A DNA stretch of 64,000 bases from an uncultured delta proteobacterium (GCA_963840855.1 CAWJBB010000062.1:97261-161260), one strand, 5' to 3'. Positions 42,714 to 53,157 are shown, counted from the stretch's first letter. Program-made: numbers and translations. Notes: generated from the letters alone by a model not told the origin.

Positions 42714-42800
42714 GGGTTGGAAGGCAAAGCAGCCCAGTTATTCGCTCGTCGCCCGCAGGTTCAAGTTATTGCGCACACCGGAAAACACCTTTCTTTAACC

Positions 42801-43553
42801 ATGTCTTTCGATCGCACCCAGCTACTCGTCGGCGCCGCGCTATTGTTCGCCGCATTCGTCAAAGGGGTGACGGGGTTGGGATTTCCACTGATCGCGACGC
42901 CCATGGTGGCGCTCCTGCTGGATATTCGCACAGCGGTCACGATTCTCATTCTGCCAAACCTTCTTATGGATTCGGCTCAAGTTATCCGCGGCGGGTTTCC
43001 TTATGACGTCTTCCGGCGCTTCGCAGGATTGATTGCGCCAACCATTATCGGTGTTTTTCTGGGCACCATGGTTCTCGTCAAGCTGCCGCTGTGGATGCTT
43101 AATTTTTGTCTCGGCGTACTGGTTGTGGTTTTCGTGTTCTCCAGCGCGCTGAGATTTGATTTCACGATTTCACCCCGCGCGGAGAAAATTCTTGGGCCGG
43201 TGTGCGGCTTCATTAGCGGCATTCTCAACGGCATGACCAACGCCGCCGGGCCCGCTCTAGCGATATATCTCTACAGCCTCAAGCTTGAGAAGCGGACTTT
43301 CGTGAAATCCATTTCGACCATCTTCGTTACGACGAAAATCACCCAATTGGTTGCCATCTCGACCTGGAACCTTTTAAACTGGCACACGATCACCCTATCG
43401 ATTCAAGTATCATTGTTTACCTTGGCGGGGTTCTATGCGGGAATGAAGATCCAGGACCGCGTCAACCAGCAAACGTTCAATCGCGGATTGACGGTGCTGT
43501 TATTGCTAATCGGTGTGATCCTCATTTGGCGGGCGGTCACGCAGAACGGCTGA
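42801..43553 (+). CDS. TauE/SafE family membrane exporter
   Basis: VKGVTGLGF..P, SGILNG...AGP, about eight hydrophobic segments. Confidence 0.88.
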   Translation: MSFDRTQLLVGAALLFAAFVKGVTGLGFPLIATPMVALLLDIRTAVTILILPNLLMDSAQVIRGGFPYDVFRRFAGLIAPTIIGVFLGTMVLVKLPLWMLNFCLGVLVVVFVFSSALRFDFTISPRAEKILGPVCGFISGILNGMTNAAGPALAIYLYSLKLEKRTFVKSISTIFVTTKITQLVAISTWNLLNWHTITLSIQVSLFTLAGFYAGMKIQDRVNQQTFNRGLTVLLLLIGVILIWRAVTQNG

Positions 43554-43563
43554 CCCCCAACCG

Positions 43564-44667
43564 CTATCCCCAAAGCGCTTGCACCGTGCTAACCAGGAGT
43601 TGCAATTTTCGCCGTTGATCTTCGGTGGCGATTCGGTTGCCGATAATCGAAGATGCAAAGCCGCATTGGGGGCTGAGCCCCAACCTTTCTATGGGAACGT
43701 ATTGTTTGGCTTCGATTACGCGCTGCTTTAAGAATTCCGACGATTCGAGTTGCGACCTTTTTGTCGTTATCAGTCCAAGCACAACGAACTTATCGTCTGG
43801 CAAGTCGCGGAGCGGTTCATAGGAGCCGGAGCGGGCGTCGTCATACTCCAGTAACAGCCTTTGCGCCTTTAGCTTTTGAAAGAGTTGGCGGCTGATCGCC
43901 TCATACCCTCCCGCCGACAGCCACCGGCTGCCTTGATTGCCGCGTCAGATGTGAAATCCAAATGTTACGCTCGGAAAACCGCTCATCACGGCATTATCCA
44001 GGTCAATTCCTAGTGACAACCATTGATCAATGCTCCAGCCTTGGTTTTCATAGAACCTTCGGGTCTGGGGAGCGAGCAGAAGGCCGTAGTGCGGCGCATC
44101 GATTTGAACGTAACTGGCTCCGAACCGGGCGAGTTCCGCCACTTCGTCGCGCAGGATTTGCACGATGTCGGCAAAAAGGCTCTCGAGTGTCGGATAAGCT
44201 CCTTTGGAATATTCCGCGGACCAAAAGTTGGCCCACAGACCGGGGCTGGGCAGCGTGAGCTTTGGGATGCGTTTGGTTTTGGACTTCAGGTAAACGAATT
44301 CATCAACGGACAAATATCGTTGGCGCTTGAGTTTACTGACAACGCCCAGTCGCGATGGCCGGGATGTGCGGTGAACTCCTTCATCATCATGCCAGTCGCC
44401 CCAAAGAAAGGCATCGAGATCGTGGTCGCCGAAGCCGTCCACCGCGGCGGTCATTTGGCTCTGAAAGGACTGTCGCCGCATCTCCCCGTCAGTCACGACT
44501 TCTAAACCGACGCTCTCTTGCAGCGCGATGGCGTCGTCGACGGCGCGATCTTCGATTGCTTTGAATCGGTCCTGACTGATGACTCCGGCGGCGAGTTGTT
44601 TTTGAGCTGCCAGCAGCTCCGGAGGCCGAAGCAGGCTGCCGATGATATCAGCGTGAACTGAGAGCAT
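43564..44667 (-). CDS. Cobalamin-independent methionine synthase II (MetE C-terminal-like) family protein, 367 aa with in-frame TGA at codon 241; candidate selenoprotein
   Basis: IGSLLRP, TDGEMRR, VQIDAP, FHI*RGN, LEYD, VLGLITTK, LSPQCGFAS all in one frame; ORFs 43945..44667 and 43564..43803 join with no frameshift. Confidence 0.9.
43916..43932 (-). promoter_or_regulatory. Candidate bacterial SECIS hairpin
   Basis: GGCAGCC-GGU-GGCUGUC stem-loop starting 12 nt after the UGA; loop begins with G, 19 nt from the UGA. Confidence 0.6.
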
Positions 44668-44957
44668 ATTCTCTTACTCAGTGATCGCGTGACTACAACA
44701 GGAACCAAAGCCAAAGATCAGCTCGAAACTAGGCCAGTCCGATACTAAACTCAACCGATTTGCTTGGCAATTTGACTCCCCATTCCCGTATTCCCTTTTG
44801 ACGTTTTGTTCGGCCCGACCACAATCCCGACCGCCGCGAATGCCTCCCCGGGATTCGATCGCCGTTCCCTCTTTTCCCCATTGACTGTACCCTCGCAGCT
44901 ACGTTAACGTCAGCCGTTAATTAGGACCCGAAGGCTCGGCGCTATTGAAATGCGGCT

Positions 44958-46079
44958 ATGAGGAAAAAAGTGATGAAACTTTTGGCGGCCATTGTTCTTT
45001 GCATCATGCTGGCGGACGTATCGTTTATATTTGCCGGGCAAGCAAGCCCGGCGCCGACAAAAAGTAAACAAGCCGATGCGAAAGCATACGTCTCTTTTGG
45101 CAATCATAGCGAGATAGTCGAGAAAGCAAAGAAAGAGGGAAAGTTGCGAATTCTGGTCAACATGGATCCGGCCACCTTGAAGGCGGCCGGTAAAGCGTTC
45201 AATCAGAAGTATCCGTTTATCAATCTGCACGCGCAGGAAATTACCGGTACCGATATGGCGCAGCGTAACGTACTGGAAATTAAGAGCGGGCAGGCCCGGG
45301 AGTGGGACATCATTTATCCGAGCCGAGACCTGTACAGTGAGTACCTACCCTATCTTTGGAAGGTTGATCTCCTCGGCATGGCCGAGCGCGGCGTCCTGCA
45401 AATTCCCGCGCCGATGATAGACCCGAAGAACCGCAACATCGTCGCGCCTTATACGCGTCTCATCGTGTCTGCTTACAATAAGACTCTGGTGAGTCCGGAG
45501 CAACTGCCAAAATCCTGGGAAGATTTTCTCAAGCCTGAATTTAAGGGCAGGAAGTTTGCGTTGGATATAGGACCGCGACCGATCGCATGCCTCGTGCCCG
45601 CGTGGGGATTGGAAAAGACTCTGGATTTCGCGCGCAAACTGGCGGCCCAGGATCCGATCTGGGTACGTGGCGTAAGCCGAACGTTACCCTTGATTATCGG
45701 CGGCGACGTGCCCATGATGACAGGCACCATGTTTCACAGCGTGAAGCGAGCAGAAATCAAGGACCGCACCGGCGTTCTGCAGCACCTTGTTCTCGAGCCG
45801 GTTCCGGTTTTCCTCACTTCGGAACAGGCGATTCTGGCTACCGCGCCAAACCCACATGCAGCCCTGTTGTGGCTGGAGTGGATGGCCGGCGCGGAGTCGC
45901 AAAAGATCGCCGACGATCAGGAGCCAATGGGATCGTCTCATCTCTTCCGCGGCGGCGGCGTCGAGCAGCAACTCCGCGGGAAGAAACTCTCCTGGGTCAC
46001 CTGGGAGCAACACGCGAACATGGAGTCGTGGATGGTCAAAGTGTTTGAAGCCTACGGCTTTCCCAAAGCACAGCGGTGA
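44958..46079 (+). CDS. ABC-type extracellular solute-binding protein
   Basis: Signal peptide, AKKEGKL, PKSWEDFLKPEFKG, APNPHAA; paralog of 2336..3466. Confidence 0.82.
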   Translation: MRKKVMKLLAAIVLCIMLADVSFIFAGQASPAPTKSKQADAKAYVSFGNHSEIVEKAKKEGKLRILVNMDPATLKAAGKAFNQKYPFINLHAQEITGTDMAQRNVLEIKSGQAREWDIIYPSRDLYSEYLPYLWKVDLLGMAERGVLQIPAPMIDPKNRNIVAPYTRLIVSAYNKTLVSPEQLPKSWEDFLKPEFKGRKFALDIGPRPIACLVPAWGLEKTLDFARKLAAQDPIWVRGVSRTLPLIIGGDVPMMTGTMFHSVKRAEIKDRTGVLQHLVLEPVPVFLTSEQAILATAPNPHAALLWLEWMAGAESQKIADDQEPMGSSHLFRGGGVEQQLRGKKLSWVTWEQHANMESWMVKVFEAYGFPKAQR

Positions 46080-46118
46080 GCCAAGGGTTAGCGTTCCTCT
46101 TTACTTCTCGTCCCTCGC

Positions 46119-47489
46119 TTATTCCCCGCCCAAATGGATCATGAGTTCCTTTACTGACTCAAGTTCCTCCAGGCGTCCGACTGTTTGGATGATGGCTGCT
46201 TGCTTCTCTTTGCCGAGCATTCGGCTTGTGAGCTTGGTAAACTTTTGCTGGATCAGCTCATCGGTAACGCGGTTTTTGTGGTGCCCGGGCGGATAGAGGG
46301 TTGTCGCCTCACAGCTCTGCCCGTTTTTTGTTCTAAGAACCACACGGCTCACGGCAGCTTCCGGCCAATGCTGGTCAAGAGACGCATCCGACTGAAGCGT
46401 GGTCCGATCAATAACAGAGAGAACATTAGGATCGCGCAGCTTCGCATCGGCATACTGCTCGGGTCCAAGTTCCCCATCCACCATGGCGACAGCCAAGCTG
46501 TAAACCAGGCTGTGATTTGCGGTGTCTCGATTCTGCGGCCTCAACCTGGAGGTACTGTTCCATATTCCGTCGTGTCCAATGTGTTCTTTTGTCGGTAGAA
46601 ACAGAGTAATGGCCTCGACGTCGCGCCAGCTTAGGCGGTGCTTCTCGAGCAAGCTGAACATACTGGTTACGGCAGTCTGGGCGGTGCGAACAGTGTTGAA
46701 CCACTTGGTATTAACCTCCATCACCTTATACTCAACCACAGGCGCCAGCAGACGCTCCATATCGATCCCCCCTGCCACAGCCTTTTCAAATACACCCGCG
46801 CTGTCGATAATGTCCGTCGGCCCGGTTAGCCCTGCGCCAGCCATGAGAGCCCCGAGAATTCCAGTCGATGCCACCATTCCATCGGCAACGCTCTTGCTGG
46901 CGGGAATACTGCCACTGTTGACGCTCAAGGCATTGGCGTGAGTCGCAGCGATAGCAAGCGCGTTCTTCAATCGATCGATGTCGAGACCCAGAAGCTTACC
47001 CACGGCCAGGGGTACGGAAAATTCCAGGTACGTGCCGCTGAACCAGCCGCGAGAGCCGATCTTGCACGCCTCTTGGAAACGAATCTGGATTTCATACCCG
47101 GCCACGATAGCGGCTATCAGATCTTTCCCGCTGGCGCTTGTGCGCTCCGCGACGGCTAGACAAGGTGGAATATTAAAACAGGGGTGGCAGGCATCAGGAC
47201 CCGCGTGAGAGTCCATGTAATCCAGGTAGCGCAGCATCGTCGAATTCACCAGAGCAGCCTTCTCGCACGACGTTCGGTAGGTAGCGCCAAGGACGGTGGA
47301 TTCGGGCTTCCCTCCTAAGTCTGCCGCCACGTTGCGCATGATGACGCTCGGCTCTCCATGAAAGCCGCCGAAGGCGCAGCCCAAGGTATCCAGGACCCGC
47401 CGCTTTGTTTCTTTCACAACCTCCTCCGGCAACTTACTGAATCGGATGTCTGACACTAGCTCTGCCAAACTGTTAGCTACTGTTTTCAT
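46119..47489 (-). CDS. MmgE/PrpD family protein
   Basis: LDTLGCA, RYLDYMD, HP, TANHSLVY, PGH. Confidence 0.9.
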   Translation of the reverse strand: MKTVANSLAELVSDIRFSKLPEEVVKETKRRVLDTLGCAFGGFHGEPSVIMRNVAADLGGKPESTVLGATYRTSCEKAALVNSTMLRYLDYMDSHAGPDACHPCFNIPPCLAVAERTSASGKDLIAAIVAGYEIQIRFQEACKIGSRGWFSGTYLEFSVPLAVGKLLGLDIDRLKNALAIAATHANALSVNSGSIPASKSVADGMVASTGILGALMAGAGLTGPTDIIDSAGVFEKAVAGGIDMERLLAPVVEYKVMEVNTKWFNTVRTAQTAVTSMFSLLEKHRLSWRDVEAITLFLPTKEHIGHDGIWNSTSRLRPQNRDTANHSLVYSLAVAMVDGELGPEQYADAKLRDPNVLSVIDRTTLQSDASLDQHWPEAAVSRVVLRTKNGQSCEATTLYPPGHHKNRVTDELIQQKFTKLTSRMLGKEKQAAIIQTVGRLEELESVKELMIHLGGE

Positions 47490-47598
47490 CTAACCCCCTC
47501 CCAAGCGTCTAGACCCGATAAAACAAGGTAACCAAGGTTCTATTTGGATTAAGCACGCAGATAGGCTGCATGATCCGACGTTGCTTACAGCCTCATAG

Positions 47599-48312
47599 CT
47601 AACCATCCAGCTCAGGATAGTGGCGAAAGATGCCTTGTTGATTGAAAGGCAAGCGCCGGTCGGACGCGAGATATCTGGCGAGTCGGCGGCGAGCCGCTAC
47701 GCGGTCATGCAGCCCCACCAGCCTAGAATATTTGGATTCCAGCTTCGCCATCGCGCGTGGAAAGGCGTAGCGCAAGCCTTCGATCATCTGAAACATCGAC
47801 AGATCGACGTACGAAGCTGCTTTGCCGACGAGATAGTCGCTTTCATTGCGCTTCAGCGCCTGCCCGAAATAATCCAGGAACTTCGGCAAGCGCTCGGCCC
47901 TGAACTCCGCCGCGCGCCGCTTCGCTTCGCGCTTCTGGTCCTCGTAATAAAGGCCGCCGGAGATCGGATGATGGCTATCGTGGACCTCGGCGACCCAATC
48001 GGCGATGGTGAGCTGCAGTTGATGCGCCCAGAGCCGGGTCGCCTCGTCTTTCCGCACTAGGCCGAGGCGCGGGCCGAGAAACAGAAGGATGTTTGCGGTT
48101 TGCGCGATCACCAGCTTGCCGGCTTTTAAAAACGGCGGCGCAAACGGGAGGCGCCCGACCGAGCGGCTTTCCATCAAGCGCATCATCCCCGCCATGCCGT
48201 GCCTCGATTGGCGCGCAACGTCCACGTAATCCGCGCCGGCGTCCTCCAGCGCAAGGCGAACAAACTCCCCGCGGCCCTGTATCGAGGGCCAGTAGTACAG
48301 CTCGTAGCGCAT
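47599..48312 (-). CDS. Glutathione S-transferase family protein
   Basis: YELYYWPSIQGRGEFVRL, FAPPFL, QTANIL, SYVDL. Confidence 0.9.
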   Translation of the reverse strand: MRYELYYWPSIQGRGEFVRLALEDAGADYVDVARQSRHGMAGMMRLMESRSVGRLPFAPPFLKAGKLVIAQTANILLFLGPRLGLVRKDEATRLWAHQLQLTIADWVAEVHDSHHPISGGLYYEDQKREAKRRAAEFRAERLPKFLDYFGQALKRNESDYLVGKAASYVDLSMFQMIEGLRYAFPRAMAKLESKYSRLVGLHDRVAARRRLARYLASDRRLPFNQQGIFRHYPELDG

Positions 48313-48402
48313 GTGGATTTTCCTCCGCTAGAGTCGGGTCTTGGGAGATCGTCCAGACCGCACGCGGTTATAGCAATCATCAACGCCAATTCGCGTAATC
48401 CC

Positions 48403-49206
48403 TTAACCGGGTTTGGATGCTCCGGGAAACAGGCCGTGCTTGGTAAGAAACTCGATCATGAAGCGGTCAAATAGCCAGGGCTGTTCCATCTGACAGGCGT
48501 GGCCGGCTCCCGGCAAGACCTTCAATTCGCAATTGGGGATGCGCGCCTGGAGCGCGAAGGCGCTCTGGTGGCTGCCGTCTTCGCTGCCGGTCAGGATTAT
48601 CGTCGGACAGGCGATGCGCTCGTGATGGCCGTCCGGATAGGGCTGCGCCAGCGCTTTGAACTGGTGGAGGATCGTCTCAACATCGGCGAATTGGTTGCGC
48701 TCGGTGAAAAGGTTGGCAAAAAAATGTGCCAGCGGCGTGGTGCGAAACGCCGCGCTCAGATCCTCGAACGTGTATCTCCAGCGGTAGTCAATGCCGTTGG
48801 CCGTGTAGTTCTCGATCCGCCGCTTGGTGAATTCCTTGGTAGGGTTGTAGCCTGTGCCCGACAATACCAGCGCCGCGGTTTTATCGGGGCGCTGGTGGTG
48901 CATATAAGGAGCGATCGACGATCCGACCGAACAGCCGACCAGGACCGCGCTTTCGCCGGGCGCCGCGTCGTCTATCGCTTCCCAACAGGCCTCGGCCATG
49001 TCGGTCATGGTCAGGCCGGCATCGGCCTTGGGCGAGCGGCCGTATCCCGGGATGTCGATGGCGATGCAGCGGTACCAAGTCGACAGATGCGCCAGCTGGA
49101 AAATCCAGCACGACTGGTCCATGGGGTTGGGATGAACAAAGGCGATCACCGGCCCTGTTCTGCCCATCCGTTCATAGTAAAGCGGTCCATGAATATGCGC
49201 GGCCAT
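48403..49206 (-). CDS. Alpha/beta hydrolase
   Basis: DIPGYGRS, GCSVG nucleophile elbow, GSED, AGH. Confidence 0.88.
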   Translation of the reverse strand: MAAHIHGPLYYERMGRTGPVIAFVHPNPMDQSCWIFQLAHLSTWYRCIAIDIPGYGRSPKADAGLTMTDMAEACWEAIDDAAPGESAVLVGCSVGSSIAPYMHHQRPDKTAALVLSGTGYNPTKEFTKRRIENYTANGIDYRWRYTFEDLSAAFRTTPLAHFFANLFTERNQFADVETILHQFKALAQPYPDGHHERIACPTIILTGSEDGSHQSAFALQARIPNCELKVLPGAGHACQMEQPWLFDRFMIEFLTKHGLFPGASKPG

Positions 49207-49217
49207 GATATTTTTCC

Positions 49218-49937
49218 TTAAAGCGCCGGAGCGTACAGGTTGTCAGGCAATCCGCGGATGTAATCGATGGTTTCCTTGAGCGAAATCACGTCGGCGTATT
49301 TCATGGCCATGTCGAAGAGATTGATTTTGTGCGACGCCTGGCCGCGATCGAAGACGCACTCCTCCACCACCGAGACTTTCATGTTGTAGGAAAAGGCGTC
49401 GATGACGCTGGCGCGCACACAGCCGCTGGTAGTAGTGCCGGCGACCAAAACGCTGTCGGCGTGGACTTCATTGAGCATGCTCATGAGCGGCGTGCCGAAG
49501 AACGCGCTGGGCTTTTGCTTGCGCACGACGATATCGCCCGGCTGGGGCGCGATGTCGGCGACGATTTCATTGCCTTTGTCCCATGTCTCGGTCATGTCCT
49601 CCGTTGAGCGGCTGTTTTTCGCCTGCCAGCGGCCAAAGGAGACGGTATTGGTTCGGTCATCGTGACCCGTAGTGTAAAAAGTCGGCAAATGTTTCCTGCG
49701 CGCTGCCGCGAGCAGCTCGACTATATGATGAACCCCTTCCCAGCCTTCCGCGCCGCAGCTGTTGCGAAATCGTTTGACGGATTCCAGGATGGGTTCCGGC
49801 TTGTCACCGACGAAGTTATAGTTGACATCGATGACGAGCACGGCCGGCCGTTGACCGAAGCCGGCGCGCTTGCCGTAGCCGGAGAGCGCGAATACCTGTT
49901 TGTCACGATCAGTTAGCGTATCGTCCCAAGTGGCCAT
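49218..49937 (-). CDS. Isochorismatase-family cysteine amidohydrolase (NicF / N-carbamoylsarcosine amidase-like)
   Basis: GFGQRPAVLVID, K..PSAFFGT, GTTTSGCVRAS (Asp-Lys-Cys triad). Confidence 0.9.
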   Translation of the reverse strand: MATWDDTLTDRDKQVFALSGYGKRAGFGQRPAVLVIDVNYNFVGDKPEPILESVKRFRNSCGAEGWEGVHHIVELLAAARRKHLPTFYTTGHDDRTNTVSFGRWQAKNSRSTEDMTETWDKGNEIVADIAPQPGDIVVRKQKPSAFFGTPLMSMLNEVHADSVLVAGTTTSGCVRASVIDAFSYNMKVSVVEECVFDRGQASHKINLFDMAMKYADVISLKETIDYIRGLPDNLYAPAL

Positions 49938-50144
49938 GAATCCATCCTCCTGTTTTAATGATTTCTACAATTCCAATAGGGCGGATTGCGTTGATGTGTC
50001 AAGGGATGGAATGGGCGTTGTTCAATCGCTGCACTACGTTCAAGCCGTTCAAGTCGTTCAAGGCGTTCCTCCTTCATCCTCTTGAATGCTGTTCGCTCGT
50101 CTGGTTCATTTGACGGAATGCGTATTGGCCTATAACTTCGCGCA

Positions 50145-50696
50145 ATGATGAGTACTATTATTAGTTGTCTGGCAGTTATGCTGGCGCTTCTGTTGAGCGG
50201 TTGCGGTTCATCGGTTGCACTCTGGACCGACGGCGAAGTGCCATTCGTGCGCTCGGCGCCCGAAGTCATCGACCGCATGCTCGAACTCGCGCAGGTGAAA
50301 CCGGGAGACGTTGTCTACGACATCGGTAGCGGCGACGGCGCGATCATTATCCGGGCCGCAAAAAAATATGGCGTGAAAGGCGTGGGCATCGAGATCGATC
50401 AAGACTTGGTGCTGAAAGCGCGCAACAACGCGTTCCGGGAGAAGGTCGAACACCTGGTGGAATTTCGCGCTCAGGATGCGTTTACCGCTGATGTTTCGCC
50501 GGCCACCGTTGTCACGCTTTATATGCTGCCGGACTTCAACGCCAAGCTCCGGCCCATGCTCGACCGCCAGTTAAAGCCCGGCTCGCGGGTGGTATCGCAT
50601 GATTTTCAGATCCAAGGCTGGGTGCCGGACAGAGTAGAACGAGTGAAAGGCGATTTTCTGCACGATCATACCGTGTTGCTGTTTGAAATTCGCTGA
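50145..50696 (+). CDS. Class I SAM-dependent methyltransferase, possibly a lipoprotein
   Basis: VPFV, YDIGSGDG, GIEID, LKPGSRVVSHDF; N-terminal LLLSGC lipobox-like sequence. Confidence 0.85.
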   Translation: MMSTIISCLAVMLALLLSGCGSSVALWTDGEVPFVRSAPEVIDRMLELAQVKPGDVVYDIGSGDGAIIIRAAKKYGVKGVGIEIDQDLVLKARNNAFREKVEHLVEFRAQDAFTADVSPATVVTLYMLPDFNAKLRPMLDRQLKPGSRVVSHDFQIQGWVPDRVERVKGDFLHDHTVLLFEIR

Positions 50697-50715
50697 GCCT
50701 GTTGAAAAAATCCGT

Positions 50716-51723
50716 TCAAGGCGACCGGTACAGCGCGTCAATGAAGCCGCTCGATTGCATCTGGCGCACGAAGGAGTCGTCGAAGAATTTTCTCGGGTCG
50801 GCGTCTTTTGCTTTAGGAACTCTTCCACCGAGGTCGTCCAGTACCGACCGCATTGCCTCTGCTGTGGTCAACGGTACCTTGAGCAAATATTTCTGGATGT
50901 CGATCTCGTAAGAGTCGTCGAGCGCGGCGGGATTCGCCGTGCGCAGGTATTTGCTCATGACCTTCAGAGCAAAACTTTTATCTCGCTTGGCGCGGGCGAT
51001 GGCTTCCGTTTGCGCCATCATGTAGCGACGCACTAGATCCGGGTCCTCCTTGATTAAGCGACCACGGGTCGTCATGCCCGTGAAAGCATAGGGAATACCA
51101 AGCGATGCTACGTCGAGCAGAGTGCGGTGGCCGAGTTTCAATGCTTGCGTAATCGCCGGGTATGAAAAGATGCCGGCCTGGATACGGTTCCCATGTATCG
51201 CCGGGACCATGGATTCCATGCCGCCGACCTGAACGATGGCGACGTCTTTATCCGGGACGAGACCAAAATGCCGCAGGGCAAAGCGCGCGCCAACATCGAT
51301 GGACGTGCCGAATCGGGTAATGCCGATGGACTTGCCTTTCAATTGCTCGGCTTTGTCAATCTCCGGGCGTGCGATAAGTTGCTGAACCAAAGTGTCAAGC
51401 GTCGTTCCGACCACCATGACATCCGCCCCGCCCAAAGCCGCGCTTGCCGTCGTACCGCCTGAGATCTGCAAGAACTGCACTTCGCCGGCGATCAACGCGT
51501 TCATGCCCTCGACGCCTGTGGGAGTGGCGATCACCTCCACGTCTAAACCATGCTTGTGAAAAATTCCCGCCTCGCGCGCCACCCAGGGTGGTATCATCAC
51601 CGCGGACAGCGACGTGAAGGCCATACGCACCTTGAGCAAGGGCCGAGCGTCGGCCCCGTACGACCAGGTCGCGGCAGTGACGCTCAGCGAGAGACCCAGC
51701 AAGGCAACGATGCAGCTCTGCAT
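50716..51723 (-). CDS. ABC substrate-binding protein (NMT1/SsuA family)
   Basis: Signal peptide, GIFHKHGLDVE, LKGKSIGITRFG. Confidence 0.85.
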   Translation of the reverse strand: MQSCIVALLGLSLSVTAATWSYGADARPLLKVRMAFTSLSAVMIPPWVAREAGIFHKHGLDVEVIATPTGVEGMNALIAGEVQFLQISGGTTASAALGGADVMVVGTTLDTLVQQLIARPEIDKAEQLKGKSIGITRFGTSIDVGARFALRHFGLVPDKDVAIVQVGGMESMVPAIHGNRIQAGIFSYPAITQALKLGHRTLLDVASLGIPYAFTGMTTRGRLIKEDPDLVRRYMMAQTEAIARAKRDKSFALKVMSKYLRTANPAALDDSYEIDIQKYLLKVPLTTAEAMRSVLDDLGGRVPKAKDADPRKFFDDSFVRQMQSSGFIDALYRSP

Positions 51724-51724
51724 C

Positions 51725-52730
51725 TCACTGCCAGCCGTAAAAGCGTTTGGCGTTTTCTCCTAAGACTCTGGCTTTAGCCTGGTCTGATATGTCTTTGCGG
51801 CCGCGGATCGTGGAAACTACATGAGGAAATATACCGTCCCAGTGGGGGTAGTCGGAAGCGAAAACGATTTTGTCATCGCCAATGCGCTCGATCACATAAG
51901 GGAGTGTTTCTTCTTCGGGTTCCATCGCGATGAACCAGTTGCCATGTTTTACATACTCGCTGGGTTTCCGTTTGCACAGCGGGGCTTCGACTTTGCCGCG
52001 CTTCTCCCACTCCTCATCCATCCGTTCCATCCAGTAGGGAACCCAGCCGACGCCGCATTCGAGGAAGGCGAATGCGGAGATTTGGGAAGCGCTCGGCCAC
52101 CCCGCCGTAGATCAAACCGGCGAATTGGATGAAAGTCTCCACTGGTCTTCCGATGGTGTGCATGTGTATGAAACTATCGAAGCGGATTTCCCCCGCCGGC
52201 CCTTCGCGCCGGTTATGGACGCATAGCGGCGTGTTTAATCGCTGCAATTCCTCATAGAGCGGCCAGAAGGTTTGAGATCCTAGATGTTCCTTCATGCCTT
52301 GACTGGCCACCGCGATGGCCACCAGTCCGAGTTTGGTTACGGCGCGGTTGGCTTCTTCGATTGCGGCTTTGGGATCTTGCAACGGCAACAACGCAACACC
52401 TTTGAGACGCGGGCTTTGACGGCAAACCTCGGCGATGAAGTCGTTGTAGGCTCGGGCGTAAGCCACGGCATAGTCGCGCTCCATCAGACCGTTGACTGCG
52501 AAGCTGCTGGTGGGAAACAATACCGAGACGTCGATTCCCTCAGTGTCCATGTCCTTGAGGCGCGTCGGTATGTCATTGTCCTCTATACCACCGACAAGTC
52601 CACCCATGGAGGTATCGAGACCATCGGAAGGCAAGAGAGCCCCGGCGCGTTTGGAGTATGGCTCTGGCAGGTACTTGCGGATATCTGAATTTTTCTCGAC
52701 GATATGGCCATCTGCATCGATCGTGGTCAT
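51725..52730 (-). CDS. Amidohydrolase_2 family protein, split by a frameshift (~52070)
   Basis: IDADGH, DMDTEGIDVSVLFPT, CVH, RFPNL, FASDYPHWD. Confidence 0.88.
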
Positions 52731-52916
52731 CGTAGCTTCTCCCTCTTAAATCGGCTTTGGTTTAAATGACTTGACGGGACGAAGCTTAGTCGGGGAACAG
52801 GCGGGTGTCAATGGGAACCGGGCGCGTGCTCGTGAATCGTGATCGTCTTTTGAACACGAACCACGGACACGAACAACCTAGTCGGGTGTCTCCGCTGTTC
52901 CTGACAAAATTGAAAC

Positions 52917-53004
52917 GTCATTCCGGGCCAGCTGGCGAGAGCTAGCTCGACCCGGAATCCAGGAAAATCAGATGGTGCTGGATGCCCGCTTTCGCGGGGA
53001 TGAC
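52917..53004. repeat. GTCATTCC-type REP doublet
   Basis: gtcattccgggc...cccggaatccag ... ctggatgcccgctttcgcggggatgac. Confidence 0.75.
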
Positions 53005-53085
53005 TGTTGTGCGACCCCGATTTTTTTATCCCCTCTGGGACGCTACACAAGTGACGTTCAAAATTTCGGGATCAAAATCGTAGCT

Positions 53086-53127
53086 AAAAAAACCCGGCTC
53101 ACTGTCGAGTGACAGTGAGCCGGGTTT
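53086..53127 (-). terminator. Intrinsic terminator
   Basis: 17-bp perfect stem AAACCCGGCTCACTGTC-gagt-GACAGTGAGCCGGGTTT with a T-run on the minus strand, 30 bp after the lipoprotein stop. Confidence 0.85.
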
Positions 53128-53157
53128 AGCTTCAGTGTATGAACAGCAGGAAGCCGA

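Noticed and set aside
44668-44957. SAM or cobalamin riboswitch upstream of the MetE-like gene
   Set aside because: No conserved riboswitch core recognised by eye; an Rfam scan would be needed to exclude it.
13750-53004. Dispersed repeats as a CRISPR array
   Set aside because: No regularly spaced identical repeats with unique spacers, and no cas genes.
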